30,325 nt of DNA from Fidelibacterota bacterium (GCA_046735395.1 JBJKQR010000003.1:1-30325); one strand, 5' to 3'. Counted from the first letter of the stretch, positions 1 to 9,762 are shown. Made by a program: numbers and translations. The notes: generated by a model from the sequence alone, not told the origin.

Positions 1-357
1 CCAACGAGCCAACAATGTCTTCCACGAATGCCACGAATGAACACGGATATCAAGATTTATCCACGAATTTCACGAATTGACACGAATAAGTATAGGAAAC
101 GCATTTTAATATATGAATCCGTTTTCAGATCCCAATACTACCCGCTGACACTCCAACAAGCCAACAATGTCTTCCACGAATTTCACGAATAAACACGGAT
201 ATTCAGATTTATCCACGAATATCACAGATAAACACGAATTCTAAGATAAATCTTCGAATTTCACGAATATTGTCTGGGAAAGCATTTTAACAAAAGAGTC
301 CGGTCTCAGATTCCCGTCCTACACGCGAACGCTCCCACAAACGAACAGGTCACGGAT
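1..357. repeat. Nested degenerate tandem repeat: ~152-181-bp outer unit containing 39-bp subunits built from CACGRAT heptamers (truncated by window edge)
   Basis: Outer copies start at 1 (ccaacgagccaacaatgtcttccacgaat), 153 (ccaacaagccaacaatgtcttccacgaat) and, degenerate, at 334. Heptamers at 23,32,42,62,71,81 and 175,184,194,214,223,233,253,262 (spacing 9,10,20), plus 351. Confidence 0.9.
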
Positions 358-2541
358 TCAATTTACGGGTATGTAATCAATCCCCAGGGTCCTGAAGATA
401 AAAGCGTAAATATCCACGGTCTGTAGAATGGATTCCTCCAGCGGCGTTCCGATGCCGTGGCCTGTGGTGGAGCTTGTCCGGAGAAGCACAGGATTGTCCG
501 ACGTGGTGGCAGCCTGCAGTGCCGCCGTCATTTTCCGGGAATGCATGGGATCGACACGGGGATCATTTGCTCCGGTCATGAACAGGATAGCCGGGTAGGA
601 TGTAGCGGCCCGGACATGATGGTAGGGTGAGTAGGCGTACAGGGCCCTGAATTGATCCGCATCCTTCACGGTTCCATATTCCGGAATATTGAACTGGCCG
701 TTGGCGGTGAGTTCGTTGCGCAGCATATCATAAATGCCCACCGAGGATACGGCGGTCTGAAACAGTTCAGGATGCTGGGTAATGATAGCTCCCATGAGCA
801 AGCCGCCATTTGATCCGCCCTGGATGGCCAGCTTTTCCGAAGTTGTATAGCCTTCGTCAATGAGGTACTGCATGACCGCTGCAAAATCATCGAAACAATT
901 CTGCTTTTTCAGAAGCGCCCCGTCCCGATGCCAGGCTTCGCCATATTCCCCGCCACCTCGGATATTGGCAGAAGCCCAGATGCAGCCCTGTTCGATCCAG
1001 ACCTTGCGGACGGCACTGAATCCGGGCGTGATGCTGATGTCAAATCCGCCGTAGCCGTAGAGCAGCAGCGGATTGCTCCCATCCTTTTTTGTTCCCTTTT
1101 TCATCATGATATTGACGGGGATTTTCGTTCCGTCCCGGGAGACGGCAAATTCTCTCAGAACCTTCGTATCGGTAAAATCAACCGGGGACTCATATTTCAG
1201 TTTTGCAGACTTTGTTTCACCTGAAGCGGCAGTGAAGCGACGCCATTCCTTGGGTGAATTAAAGGACGAATTCCCGAAGAGGATATCATCACCATTCAGA
1301 GCAGTAATTTCATTGATGGTGGAGACGGGCAGACTCTCGGGGGCGGCAAGTGTGTTTCCCTCGTAATCAAAACTTCTGATTTCAGAAGGCCCGCCCAGCT
1401 GACAGGTGACATAAAGGCGTGTCGGCGTAACGACGAATTTACTTTTTCCGTCAAAAGTGGATACAATGGCTGCATCACTTTCCGGGATAAGAACCTGACT
1501 CCTGGCCAGGGATGGATGATCCAGAGACAGTTTCAGAATTTTTCCCTGCGGCGCGTCCTCTCTCGAAATGAGAAAAAGATTTCGCCTGCTACCGAAAACC
1601 GCCTGCACGATACCATCTTCAAAATCGCTTAACTTCTTCCAGGATCCATCCGCTTTAATGATAAATATTGAAAAACGCCCGCTATCCCCGTACTGGAGCG
1701 TGAGCAGAATCTGTCCGGTTTCGCAGTCGGTCTCCAGCTGTATTTCCGCGATGCGGGGAAAATCCTTTCCGATGACGTAATGGTCCGCGTCAACAGAGGT
1801 TCCCAACCTATGATACCAGACCTGCTGATAAAAATTCATATCTTCTGCTGAGCGCTCACCTTCCCGTGGATATCGGGTATAATAAAACCCGGATCCGTCA
1901 GCAGCCCAGGCCATATCCCCGCCGGCCGTACCGCCGTTCACCTTCGGAATAACAACATCTGTCTGCCGGCCTGATTCGGTATCAAAAAGGGTCAGAGTCC
2001 CGCTTTCCGAACCCTGATATGACAGCGAAACCGCAACCAGCTTCCCATCCGGAGAGGGGACATACCAGTCCATGGATGTCGTGCTGGCCGTATCCAATTG
2101 ATTCGGGTTCACAATGATCCGCTCCGCCGCGGCCTCATCAGCTGAAGTCATCCACACGAGAAGCGGCTGATTCAGCGGAGGCTGATTCTTCAGGGCAAAT
2201 AATTTCCCGCCCTGCCAGGCCATGTCGTAATAACTGGCCGGAGCCGCTTTCATAATGGCAGATATTCGTCGTGACAGGGCTTCATCGAAGGGAATATGGT
2301 CCAGAAATTTTCGGGCGGTCTGATTCTGAGCTTCGCTCCAGGCCTTCACTTCCGGATCTGCCCAGTTTTCCAGCCAGCGATAAGGGTCTGCAACAACAGT
2401 GTTCTGCAGCGTATCCCGCACGATGCTGACACGGGTCTCCGGATAGTCCGGTTTCGTGCTGTCACATCCATTCATGATCAGCATGAAAGTCAATGCCGCA
2501 AGCATCGCCGGCAGTTTGGATACGAGTCCTGATATTTTCAT
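358..2541 (-). CDS. Prolyl oligopeptidase (peptidase S9A), predicted lipoprotein
   Basis: N-terminal DPYRWLE, beta-propeller region, LYGYGGF, RGGGEYG, nucleophile GGSNGG, then DPRV and HG completing the Ser-Asp-His triad. Start moved to ATG 2541 (GGAAGGG SD upstream), giving a signal peptide ending LIMNG|C. Confidence 0.95.
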   Translation of the reverse strand: MKISGLVSKLPAMLAALTFMLIMNGCDSTKPDYPETRVSIVRDTLQNTVVADPYRWLENWADPEVKAWSEAQNQTARKFLDHIPFDEALSRRISAIMKAAPASYYDMAWQGGKLFALKNQPPLNQPLLVWMTSADEAAAERIIVNPNQLDTASTTSMDWYVPSPDGKLVAVSLSYQGSESGTLTLFDTESGRQTDVVIPKVNGGTAGGDMAWAADGSGFYYTRYPREGERSAEDMNFYQQVWYHRLGTSVDADHYVIGKDFPRIAEIQLETDCETGQILLTLQYGDSGRFSIFIIKADGSWKKLSDFEDGIVQAVFGSRRNLFLISREDAPQGKILKLSLDHPSLARSQVLIPESDAAIVSTFDGKSKFVVTPTRLYVTCQLGGPSEIRSFDYEGNTLAAPESLPVSTINEITALNGDDILFGNSSFNSPKEWRRFTAASGETKSAKLKYESPVDFTDTKVLREFAVSRDGTKIPVNIMMKKGTKKDGSNPLLLYGYGGFDISITPGFSAVRKVWIEQGCIWASANIRGGGEYGEAWHRDGALLKKQNCFDDFAAVMQYLIDEGYTTSEKLAIQGGSNGGLLMGAIITQHPELFQTAVSSVGIYDMLRNELTANGQFNIPEYGTVKDADQFRALYAYSPYHHVRAATSYPAILFMTGANDPRVDPMHSRKMTAALQAATTSDNPVLLRTSSTTGHGIGTPLEESILQTVDIYAFIFRTLGIDYIPVN

Positions 2542-2706
2542 TTTAATTCCCTTCCCCACCCATTTAGATGTAAAATAAGTTCCCTGCAACATGTTTCAGC
2601 CTCGTGAAACCGAGCCACGCTGAATCCGGATTCCCGGTGGAATCATCTGGAAATTTTGCATGGCGAAATATAGATAATTGACTGTCTCACGGCAAGCGGG
2701 AGAGAT

Positions 2707-2737
2707 AAAAAAAGGCCATGCTTTCACATGGCCCCTT
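2707..2737 (-). terminator. Rho-independent terminator of the 2763-4220 gene
   Basis: Minus strand GGCCATG-TGAAAG-CATGGCC followed by T7, about 25 nt after the stop codon. Confidence 0.85.
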
Positions 2738-2762
2738 CTGAATTCATAATAAGAATGCTGCG

Positions 2763-4220
2763 TTATTTCAGTAGCAGCATTTTCCGTGTCTGCAGCAGGT
2801 CCCCGGCCTGGAGCCGGTAGAAATAGATTCCGCTGGAAACGGTCTGACTGAAGGAATCGCGTCCGTCCCAGATAATTTCGTACCACCCGGCTTTCTGATC
2901 CGGACGAGTCCATTCACGGACTGTCCTCCCCAGAACATCATAAATAATTATCCGGACATCACACTGCTCCGGAACAGCATATTTGAGCGTTGTCACCGGA
3001 TTGAAGGGGTTGGGGTAGTTCTGCTTCAGTTCGTAAAGGTTCGGTACTTCTGCAGCGGAAATTCCGACCGGGCCATTGAACGTGACACGAGCCATGAATC
3101 CGGTCAGCCGGAAGGGTTCATAGCTGATGATCATGATTCCGGCATACAGGTACTCACCGTCATCGATCTTCACCAGATCCCAGGCAATTTTGTTCTCACT
3201 GAGCCCGAGATCAGTCTCCCACAGCACATTTCCGGCGTTGTCGAGATAATAGGTGTAGGGTGAGGCGATACCGGAGGTCGTATCCACTCCCGTTCCGCCG
3301 ACAAAGAATCCTTCGTCGAATTCACTGGCAAAATAGGCTTCACCTGTGGTCACGCCGCAATAGGTATTATCCCAGAGCAGATTTCCGTCCGAATCCGCGT
3401 GAATGACATAATAATTCATATTCTGCAGAGTGTCCGTCTCACGTCCGGCTAATATGTAATTACCGGTGGAAGTCAGTTCTATTCTCTGCATCTCCCGCCA
3501 CTTCCCGGTTGTATCGTTCAGGGCGATATTATCCCGGTAGATGACCATACGTAGCGAATCCCCGTCACTGTTCAGGGTGAGCGTTCCGGGGCCGGATATG
3601 CCGGTAGCCGGATCATCCAGATTTCCGGCGCCGACCAATATTCCATCGGAGACCTCAACGATGGACATGATGCGTCCCTGTCCGATCAGTTTCAGCCAGG
3701 TCATGGTTCCGTCACTCGCCATCCGCACGAACAGGGGCAGAATCTCCGTATCTATCCCCTCCCACATTCCGGCAAACAGCGTGGAACCGTCTGAGAGATT
3801 GACCGCGTCCGTAAGCATGTAGCGGTCTGTCTGCGGCAGCCCCAGATCGCTGAAGGCTTTTTCATAGGCGATATCTCCTGACGACGTGAATTTTACAAGC
3901 CAGGGATCACCGCCCGTTGTCACCAGATAGCCCCCGTCCGGAGCCGTGATGACCCGCGAATGATCATTGCTCCACCCGTTCACTGCTTCCGTCAGAACCC
4001 GGACCCAAACCGAATCGCCATTGGTATCCACCTTCACCACCCAGATCCCCCCATGCGGGCCGGTGAGGATAAAGCCGCCGTCATCCGTTTTATCCGCGGA
4101 TGTGAAGTAGCACAGTGAATCACCCATTATCCGGGTCCAGAGCGTATCCGGCATGGCGGCCAAGGCCATATGACAGAGCAGGATACCCGGAATAATAAAG
4201 GCACTTTTTCCCATTCTCAT
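2763..4220 (-). CDS. Secreted protein with ~50-aa beta-propeller-like repeats and a C-terminal T9SS-type (FlgD-Ig/Por) sorting domain
   Basis: Signal peptide; repeated 'DGG(F/Y)xxxG...(V/L)K.D.NG...W' units; C-terminus LKQNYPNPFNPVTT...WDGRD...SSGIYFYRL...RKMLLLK. TAAGGAGG SD before ATG 4220. Confidence 0.85.
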   Translation of the reverse strand: MRMGKSAFIIPGILLCHMALAAMPDTLWTRIMGDSLCYFTSADKTDDGGFILTGPHGGIWVVKVDTNGDSVWVRVLTEAVNGWSNDHSRVITAPDGGYLVTTGGDPWLVKFTSSGDIAYEKAFSDLGLPQTDRYMLTDAVNLSDGSTLFAGMWEGIDTEILPLFVRMASDGTMTWLKLIGQGRIMSIVEVSDGILVGAGNLDDPATGISGPGTLTLNSDGDSLRMVIYRDNIALNDTTGKWREMQRIELTSTGNYILAGRETDTLQNMNYYVIHADSDGNLLWDNTYCGVTTGEAYFASEFDEGFFVGGTGVDTTSGIASPYTYYLDNAGNVLWETDLGLSENKIAWDLVKIDDGEYLYAGIMIISYEPFRLTGFMARVTFNGPVGISAAEVPNLYELKQNYPNPFNPVTTLKYAVPEQCDVRIIIYDVLGRTVREWTRPDQKAGWYEIIWDGRDSFSQTVSSGIYFYRLQAGDLLQTRKMLLLK

Positions 4221-4537
4221 GATTCTCCTCCTTAAACATTGCATAGTTTGTTCTCATACCCATTCATCATCAGGCCATGAAAAAATATGCTGAGAAAGTG
4301 TGAGTTTTTGTTTACAGAGAATTCAATGATTAAAATTTGCGGAAATCATGGGAGGATAGAATTTGATTAGCAATGTGTATACTCCTCAAATGAATATACG
4401 GGATACGGGAGTTGAATTCCAATTTTAAACACAGATCCTATTCTGCACGCATCATCCGGATCGGCCGACTGAAGTCAACGAATTTCAGCAGAACTGTATA
4501 TCCGCTAAAAACTGCCTATGATAAGACATTCGCACTG

Positions 4538-5425
4538 TCAGGATTCGTCGTGCTCCGTATCCATATCTTTAAACCAGTCCTCGGTTCCATACAGCTTTTC
4601 GCTGCATTCGGGACAGAGCCCGTGGCTGAATTTTGCGTCACTGTGGGTTGATATATATGATTCTATCTGATTCCAATAGCCCTTGTCATCACGAATTTTT
4701 TTACAGGAAGCGCAGATCGGCAGCAGACCCGCCAGGGTTTTCAATTCATCATTTGCTTCATCCAGATGGCCTTCCACTCTCAGGGCGGACATGGCGATCA
4801 GCCCGGTAAATATGGAAATATGTCCCAGAGAAATAATAATATAGGCAAGAGAATGAACCAGTCCTGCGGACATAAAATCTCCGATTCTCGACTCCATAAA
4901 TAAAGTATAGAGAGTCCGGATTACCGAATACATTCCCACAACAAGAAAACTGCCGCTGAGCAGGGGATTGTGAAGTTTATAATTCGGGCTGATATGCTTT
5001 TTCATGACGCTCACGGCCCTGAAGGAGATGGTGGCGATGGATAGAGAGACGATAACGATCCTCGCATTGATATCCGGGTAATAATACGTATACACTGCAA
5101 ACAGAAGGAAAACGGCAATGGAAAAAATACTGTCCAGCTTGTTTTCCTGTTTCGCTTCGGAAAAATCCACCAGGCCTCTCACAATAAAGAGATAGCCGAC
5201 GATAATGGCTGTATTGGCCACCACGATGGTGAAAAAATCAGGGAAATAATGCCGGAAGCTCTGAAGCAGGAATGCGAAAAAATTGATGAGATAAGCAGAG
5301 GACCAATAGCCGAGTCCCGGGTAATCCTTCCCTTTCCGTTTAATCTGAAATAAGTTCAGGAAGATGATGAGATAGATGAAGGACGTGGTGATGGAAAGGG
5401 TTCTGATATCCAAAATTTCTCTCAT
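4538..5425 (-). CDS. 7-TM membrane sensor-like protein with a C-terminal 4-Cys (LPICxxCKKIRDDxGYW...SHGxCPEC) domain
   Basis: About 7 hydrophobic segments in aa 1-215, a short coiled coil, then LPICASCKKIRDDKGYWNQIESYISTHSDAKFSHGLCPEC. GAAGGA SD. Confidence 0.85.
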   Translation of the reverse strand: MREILDIRTLSITTSFIYLIIFLNLFQIKRKGKDYPGLGYWSSAYLINFFAFLLQSFRHYFPDFFTIVVANTAIIVGYLFIVRGLVDFSEAKQENKLDSIFSIAVFLLFAVYTYYYPDINARIVIVSLSIATISFRAVSVMKKHISPNYKLHNPLLSGSFLVVGMYSVIRTLYTLFMESRIGDFMSAGLVHSLAYIIISLGHISIFTGLIAMSALRVEGHLDEANDELKTLAGLLPICASCKKIRDDKGYWNQIESYISTHSDAKFSHGLCPECSEKLYGTEDWFKDMDTEHDES

Positions 5426-5688
5426 TTATCCTTCCTCAGATGGGTGTCGATATGTGTTGTAAAGGCCGGTTTGAATAGTCCCGCGAAAAGCTTTGCAGCT
5501 CTTCGACATCGCAGCTCCGCGCAATAAGTTAAAAATTTATGATACGGCAGTCACTACAAAAGCACAGAAAAGAAAAATTTGCACTGCATCCGATCCATGA
5601 ATTGAGCTGAATAATTACCTTCAATTCTTGTATATTTTTACATGATCTGTTTTGAACTGAAACCCGCAGAATCAATTTCGGAAGGTTT

Positions 5689-6219
5689 ATGATGTCTACA
5701 CGATTACCTGACACTTTATCATCTATGCACAGACAGCTGGGAATCAGCAGAGAGCTGGTGGAAAATTACCGTCTCGACTTTCATTCTGAGGGCCGGAACC
5801 TGCAGGACATCGGTGAAAATGAAGCCGGCAGAATGCAGCGTCTCACTGCAGATACGGCTGCGGCGTGGTTTGAGATGCAGCGGGTAGCGGCCTCACAGGG
5901 CATCATCCTCGCTCCTGTTTCAGGGTTTCGCTCCTATGAGGTTCAGGCGGATATTATTCAGAGGAAACTGCAGTCCGGGCTTCGGATTGAGGACATTGTC
6001 CGGGTAGTGGCCATTCCCGGTTTCAGCCAGCACCACAGCGGTCAGGCCCTTGACATCAATACAGAAAACTGTCCGGCGCTCGAGGAGGAATTCGAAAATA
6101 CGCCGGCCTTTCGCTGGCTTCTGGACCATGCCCACTCCTACCATTTTTCCTTGTCCTATCCGCGCGATAACAGCCTCGGCATTATTTATGAACCCTGGCA
6201 CTGGTATTTCGAGAAATAA
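5689..6219 (+). CDS. M15B (VanY-like) zinc D-Ala-D-Ala carboxypeptidase family protein
   Basis: SGFRS, SxHxxGxAxD (SQHHSGQALD) and ExWH (YEPWHW) motifs; GGAAGG SD; no signal peptide. Confidence 0.92.
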   Translation: MMSTRLPDTLSSMHRQLGISRELVENYRLDFHSEGRNLQDIGENEAGRMQRLTADTAAAWFEMQRVAASQGIILAPVSGFRSYEVQADIIQRKLQSGLRIEDIVRVVAIPGFSQHHSGQALDINTENCPALEEEFENTPAFRWLLDHAHSYHFSLSYPRDNSLGIIYEPWHWYFEK

Positions 6220-6358
6220 AGAATCGCGTTTCTGTCATACACGCCATGCTCAGATAAAGTCTCTACCACTTTACAACTTTACGTCATAAACATAAGGCCT
6301 GAAAAACATCGCCTTTTCAGATAATCCTGCCCAGCTTAAAATAATCGCCTGACTCGTA

Positions 6359-7885
6359 TTATCGATATAATTTATCAGCAGCCGTAAAATATTTATTTAT
6401 AATTGCTTCTGCCTGATGATGCCGTTCGCTGGCGGGGAATTTTTTACCGATCATGCGGCCGTCTTCAATCAGGACAAAGGAATCGCAGAGATTTTTCATG
6501 ATATGCATATCATGGCTGATGAGAAGAAGGCTGAGACCTTTCCGGCGCCGGCGGTTCAGATCCTGGATGAGTTTGTTTTTCAGCTTGAAATCCAGATTCG
6601 TGAAGGGTTCATCGGCAATGAGGATGGCCGGATGGCCCATGACAGCGCGGATATAGGAAAGGATCTGTCTCTGTCCGCCGCTTAATTCGGAGACATTCTT
6701 GTCGGACAGTCCCTCCGACATTTCAAAATAGGCAAGCAGGGCCTGCACTTCATGCCGGACCGTGTTCCAGTCCTGGCCCCGGCTCTCACTGATTTCACGG
6801 AAATGTCCGGAAATACTGATATGGGGATCAAAGGAATCAAAGGCCGCCTGATCAATATACTGAATGGGTTCGGCGACGCGTTTCCGGATATGTCCCTCAT
6901 ATTCCGGTAAGATATTCAGAATACATTTGACTAATGTACTCTTTCCCTGCCCGCTGTTACCCAGCAGCCCCAGACATTCACCGTACTGCAGATCAAAATG
7001 AATATTTTCGATGGAGAAGGGATGGGCAAAGGAAAACAATTCACCCGGATAGCTGTAACTTTTCAGGGAAACAGACAGGATGGGTTTGCGGTCCGAAGCG
7101 AAATCCGATCGTCCGGACGGGCTCTCCGCCAGCACATTCAGATAACTTTGATAATCCTTGTAATACTCTGTTTTTATGAAGGATTCGGGAGTAAATGTCT
7201 GAACCGTCTGGTCATTGAGTAAAATGATTTTATTGAATCTCAGGATATTCACCGCCAGCAGGTCATGAGATATGAGCAGATAGGTCTGCAGCAGCTTCTG
7301 ATCCACCAGTTCGTTCAGATAGCTGTAATAATTTGCGATAATGGTCATATCCAGCGAATTGGTCGGTTCATCAATGAGCAGGATCCTGCCGGTTCCCAGC
7401 ATACTGATGAGCAGGCTCAGACGCTGAAGCTGTCCGCCGGAGAGCTGACGCGGGAAGCGGTGATTCAGAGCGCTGTCATCTCCCATATTGAAAGCGTTCT
7501 GCAGGCGGCTGCGCCATTCCTGCGACAGCAGATGTCCCTGAATGAGTTCTTCCGCCCTCTTGCGCTGCTCATTCATACGGATGGCGGGTGAAATGCTCTT
7601 CACCGGGTCCTGAAAGAGCATACGGAGCCCGTCCCCGCGAAGTTCATGAAGTCCGGGCAGATCATCCGGATCAATATTCTTCCCGTCATAGAGCACCTTT
7701 CCCCGGAATTCGAAGGCCTCTTCATCGATCAGTCCGGACAATAGGCGGATCAGAGTGGTCTTCCCGCTTCCCGACAACCCGATGACAGCGACCCGGTCCC
7801 CTTTTTCGATATGAATATGGCTGTCACGGATAAGCTGCTGCTGATTTTCGCGAATTTTCAGGCTGTTTATATGAAGGTGAATCAT
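6359..7885 (-). CDS. Peptide/nickel-type ABC transporter ATP-binding protein, two fused ABC domains
   Basis: Walker A GLSGSGKT and GNSGQGKST, two LSGGQ signatures, Walker B LLIDEPT / LIADEPF, SHD switches. Start ATG 7885 overlaps the upstream TGA (ATGA). Confidence 0.92.
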   Translation of the reverse strand: MIHLHINSLKIRENQQQLIRDSHIHIEKGDRVAVIGLSGSGKTTLIRLLSGLIDEEAFEFRGKVLYDGKNIDPDDLPGLHELRGDGLRMLFQDPVKSISPAIRMNEQRKRAEELIQGHLLSQEWRSRLQNAFNMGDDSALNHRFPRQLSGGQLQRLSLLISMLGTGRILLIDEPTNSLDMTIIANYYSYLNELVDQKLLQTYLLISHDLLAVNILRFNKIILLNDQTVQTFTPESFIKTEYYKDYQSYLNVLAESPSGRSDFASDRKPILSVSLKSYSYPGELFSFAHPFSIENIHFDLQYGECLGLLGNSGQGKSTLVKCILNILPEYEGHIRKRVAEPIQYIDQAAFDSFDPHISISGHFREISESRGQDWNTVRHEVQALLAYFEMSEGLSDKNVSELSGGQRQILSYIRAVMGHPAILIADEPFTNLDFKLKNKLIQDLNRRRRKGLSLLLISHDMHIMKNLCDSFVLIEDGRMIGKKFPASERHHQAEAIINKYFTAADKLYR

Positions 7886-8823
7886 AGCTTCCGTTTCCTT
7901 AACAGAAATAGTCTGAACAGCAGAATCTGAAAAAGGGTGAGGAAAATGAGCGGAATGATCGCCCAGTAATTCGTGCCCAGCATAAAGCATTCGCGATTTT
8001 CCGCCATGATATTCCCGGCGGTAAGCACCGGATTTGCCATCATTTCACCCAGCCCCAGCTCGATCAGATAGTCCACGCCCACGTGAATGAGAAAAGCCAT
8101 GGACAGCAGATATACGAATTGCAGCGTGATGAGTTCGGAGTAATTGGTCCTGAGAATTTTTTTAATGAGGCGCCCTCTCGGCATTCCGTTGTTACGGAGC
8201 GTGAATATATAGGATTTTGCCCATTCCTTCTGAAAAAAATCACGGTAAAAACGGGCGGAAGACGAAACCAGAAAAATGCTGATGGCCACAGACTGGGCCA
8301 GTATCTGTATAAAATACCCCGCTCTCACATTATTCAATTCAACAAAATTGATGAGCACCGTAAACATGAATACGATCAGAAAGACATAGGGAACGGCATT
8401 GTGGAGACGAAAGAACAGATCCAGAAAACGTACGACACGCCGTTTTCCCAGCGCCCAGACAATACCCAGAAACAGGCCGGCTACGAGGGTTAACAGCGAC
8501 GTCAGCAGGGAGATGGAAAAGGAATTGAGAGAGGTCGTGAGGCTGAGGAGCAGATTGTCCCGTCCCAGCTGATCGGTGCCCAGCCAGTGGCTTCCGGAAG
8601 GTGACAGATTCTTGGTAAAGGCAAATTTGCTCATGTGTCGTCCAATGCTCAGACTGGAATCAAACAGAACCGTGATAAGGATCAGAAGCAGCAGAAGCCC
8701 GGCCAGACGTACGGGATTAGTGTAGGTCTTATAGAAATTCCGTCCAGCAACCACAGCGGCCTTCATCGTTTCCCGGATTTCTGTAAAACTGTCTTTTTCC
8801 ATCGTGGACTGAGCCCCTTTCAA
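7882..8823 (-). CDS. ABC transporter permease, DppC/OppC-like (divergent)
   Basis: PSGSHWLGTDQLGRD motif typical of OppC/DppC, about 6 TM segments, degenerate EAA loop, ATGA coupling on both sides. Confidence 0.9.
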   Translation of the reverse strand: MKGAQSTMEKDSFTEIRETMKAAVVAGRNFYKTYTNPVRLAGLLLLLILITVLFDSSLSIGRHMSKFAFTKNLSPSGSHWLGTDQLGRDNLLLSLTTSLNSFSISLLTSLLTLVAGLFLGIVWALGKRRVVRFLDLFFRLHNAVPYVFLIVFMFTVLINFVELNNVRAGYFIQILAQSVAISIFLVSSSARFYRDFFQKEWAKSYIFTLRNNGMPRGRLIKKILRTNYSELITLQFVYLLSMAFLIHVGVDYLIELGLGEMMANPVLTAGNIMAENRECFMLGTNYWAIIPLIFLTLFQILLFRLFLLRKRKL

Positions 8824-9698
8824 TGGCCTTCGGGGTTGAGCAGCTGCAGGCTGATGCTGAAAATCAGATCCAGGCCATAATTCATCAGCAGACTGAGCAG
8901 CAAAGCATTGATGATGAGCGGAATATCAAAATTTGCAAACCCGATGAGCAGCAGGGATGATAATCCGCGGATACTGAAAATAAGCTCCACGATCAGAATA
9001 TTTCCCAGCAGCACAGGCAGCTTGTTCTTCAGAAGCGTCAGCACTTCCGGCAGGGTGCTGCGGAAAATGTGATATCCCACATTCAGAAAGCCGGGCAGCG
9101 CGGCACGCGGTGAATACTTCAGCATGAGGGCATTGTCCAGATACTGGGCACGGCTTTCCTTCAGCATGAACCGGGCCGCATAGCTGGACAGCTCGGAGAG
9201 GATATTGCTGCCCACGATCACGCTGATGAGGGCGAGGATGTACACATTCACATTCGGGAAGATGATGAAGAGCAGAACAGCGAGTATGTAGGATGGAAAC
9301 GAGGACAGCAGAAAAATCAGCTGTTCAAGTCCCAGACTGATCAGTTTCTTGTTCTTACGATTTACAATATGCACGTTGCGGCTCTGATATATGGCCCGCT
9401 TATATGCGAAAATGATGGAAATGATCAGGATGAACAGCGAAGAGACAGACAGCAGCATGAAACTGTTCAGAATCGCTTCTCCCAGCAGATTAAAAATATC
9501 GAGGCCCACGTAGGAAGAGGAGTATTTCAGGCTGAAGAGCAGGGACGGCAGAAAATCCTTTCCGCCGGAAACAGTCCAGCTTTTCGCCATTTCCGGCATG
9601 AGCACCTTGATCAGTGCGGCAAAGACCAGCAGCAGAATAAAGAGTAACAGAATCTCCGCAATTTTCTTGAAGAAAACAAAAACCAGTTGTTTATTCAT
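8820..9698 (-). CDS. ABC transporter permease, DppB/OppB-like (divergent)
   Basis: About 6 TM segments, SFPSY, HIFRSTL, IVELIFSIRGL (cf. IVExxFxxPGLG), position between binding protein and DppC-like gene. Confidence 0.88.
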   Translation of the reverse strand: MNKQLVFVFFKKIAEILLLFILLLVFAALIKVLMPEMAKSWTVSGGKDFLPSLLFSLKYSSSYVGLDIFNLLGEAILNSFMLLSVSSLFILIISIIFAYKRAIYQSRNVHIVNRKNKKLISLGLEQLIFLLSSFPSYILAVLLFIIFPNVNVYILALISVIVGSNILSELSSYAARFMLKESRAQYLDNALMLKYSPRAALPGFLNVGYHIFRSTLPEVLTLLKNKLPVLLGNILIVELIFSIRGLSSLLLIGFANFDIPLIINALLLSLLMNYGLDLIFSISLQLLNPEGH

Positions 9699-9762
9699 TC
9701 ACTGTGAACTTCTGATTTCAGGTTGGGAATAACAGTTGTTTTATAACAGGCCCTCAATGAAT

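Noticed and set aside
15..244. Two small similar ORFs (15-80 MSSTNATNEHGYQDLSTNFTN; 167-244 MSSTNFTNKHGYSDLSTNITDKHEF) as RiPP precursors for the adjacent S9 peptidase
   Set aside because: No SD, no proline, stops at different positions, no modification enzymes, and the peptidase is exported; best explained as a by-product of the 39-bp period.
1..357. CRISPR array
   Set aside because: Repeats are degenerate and nested, the intervening parts are homologous to each other rather than unique spacers, and no cas genes are present.
5462..5500. c-di-GMP-I riboswitch upstream of the 7-TM gene (GCAAA...GGGAC on the minus strand)
   Set aside because: Motif order and the GNRA-loop/receptor architecture do not fit.
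5689..6219. Vancomycin resistance cluster
   Set aside because: Only a lone M15B gene; no ligase, dehydrogenase or VanRS.
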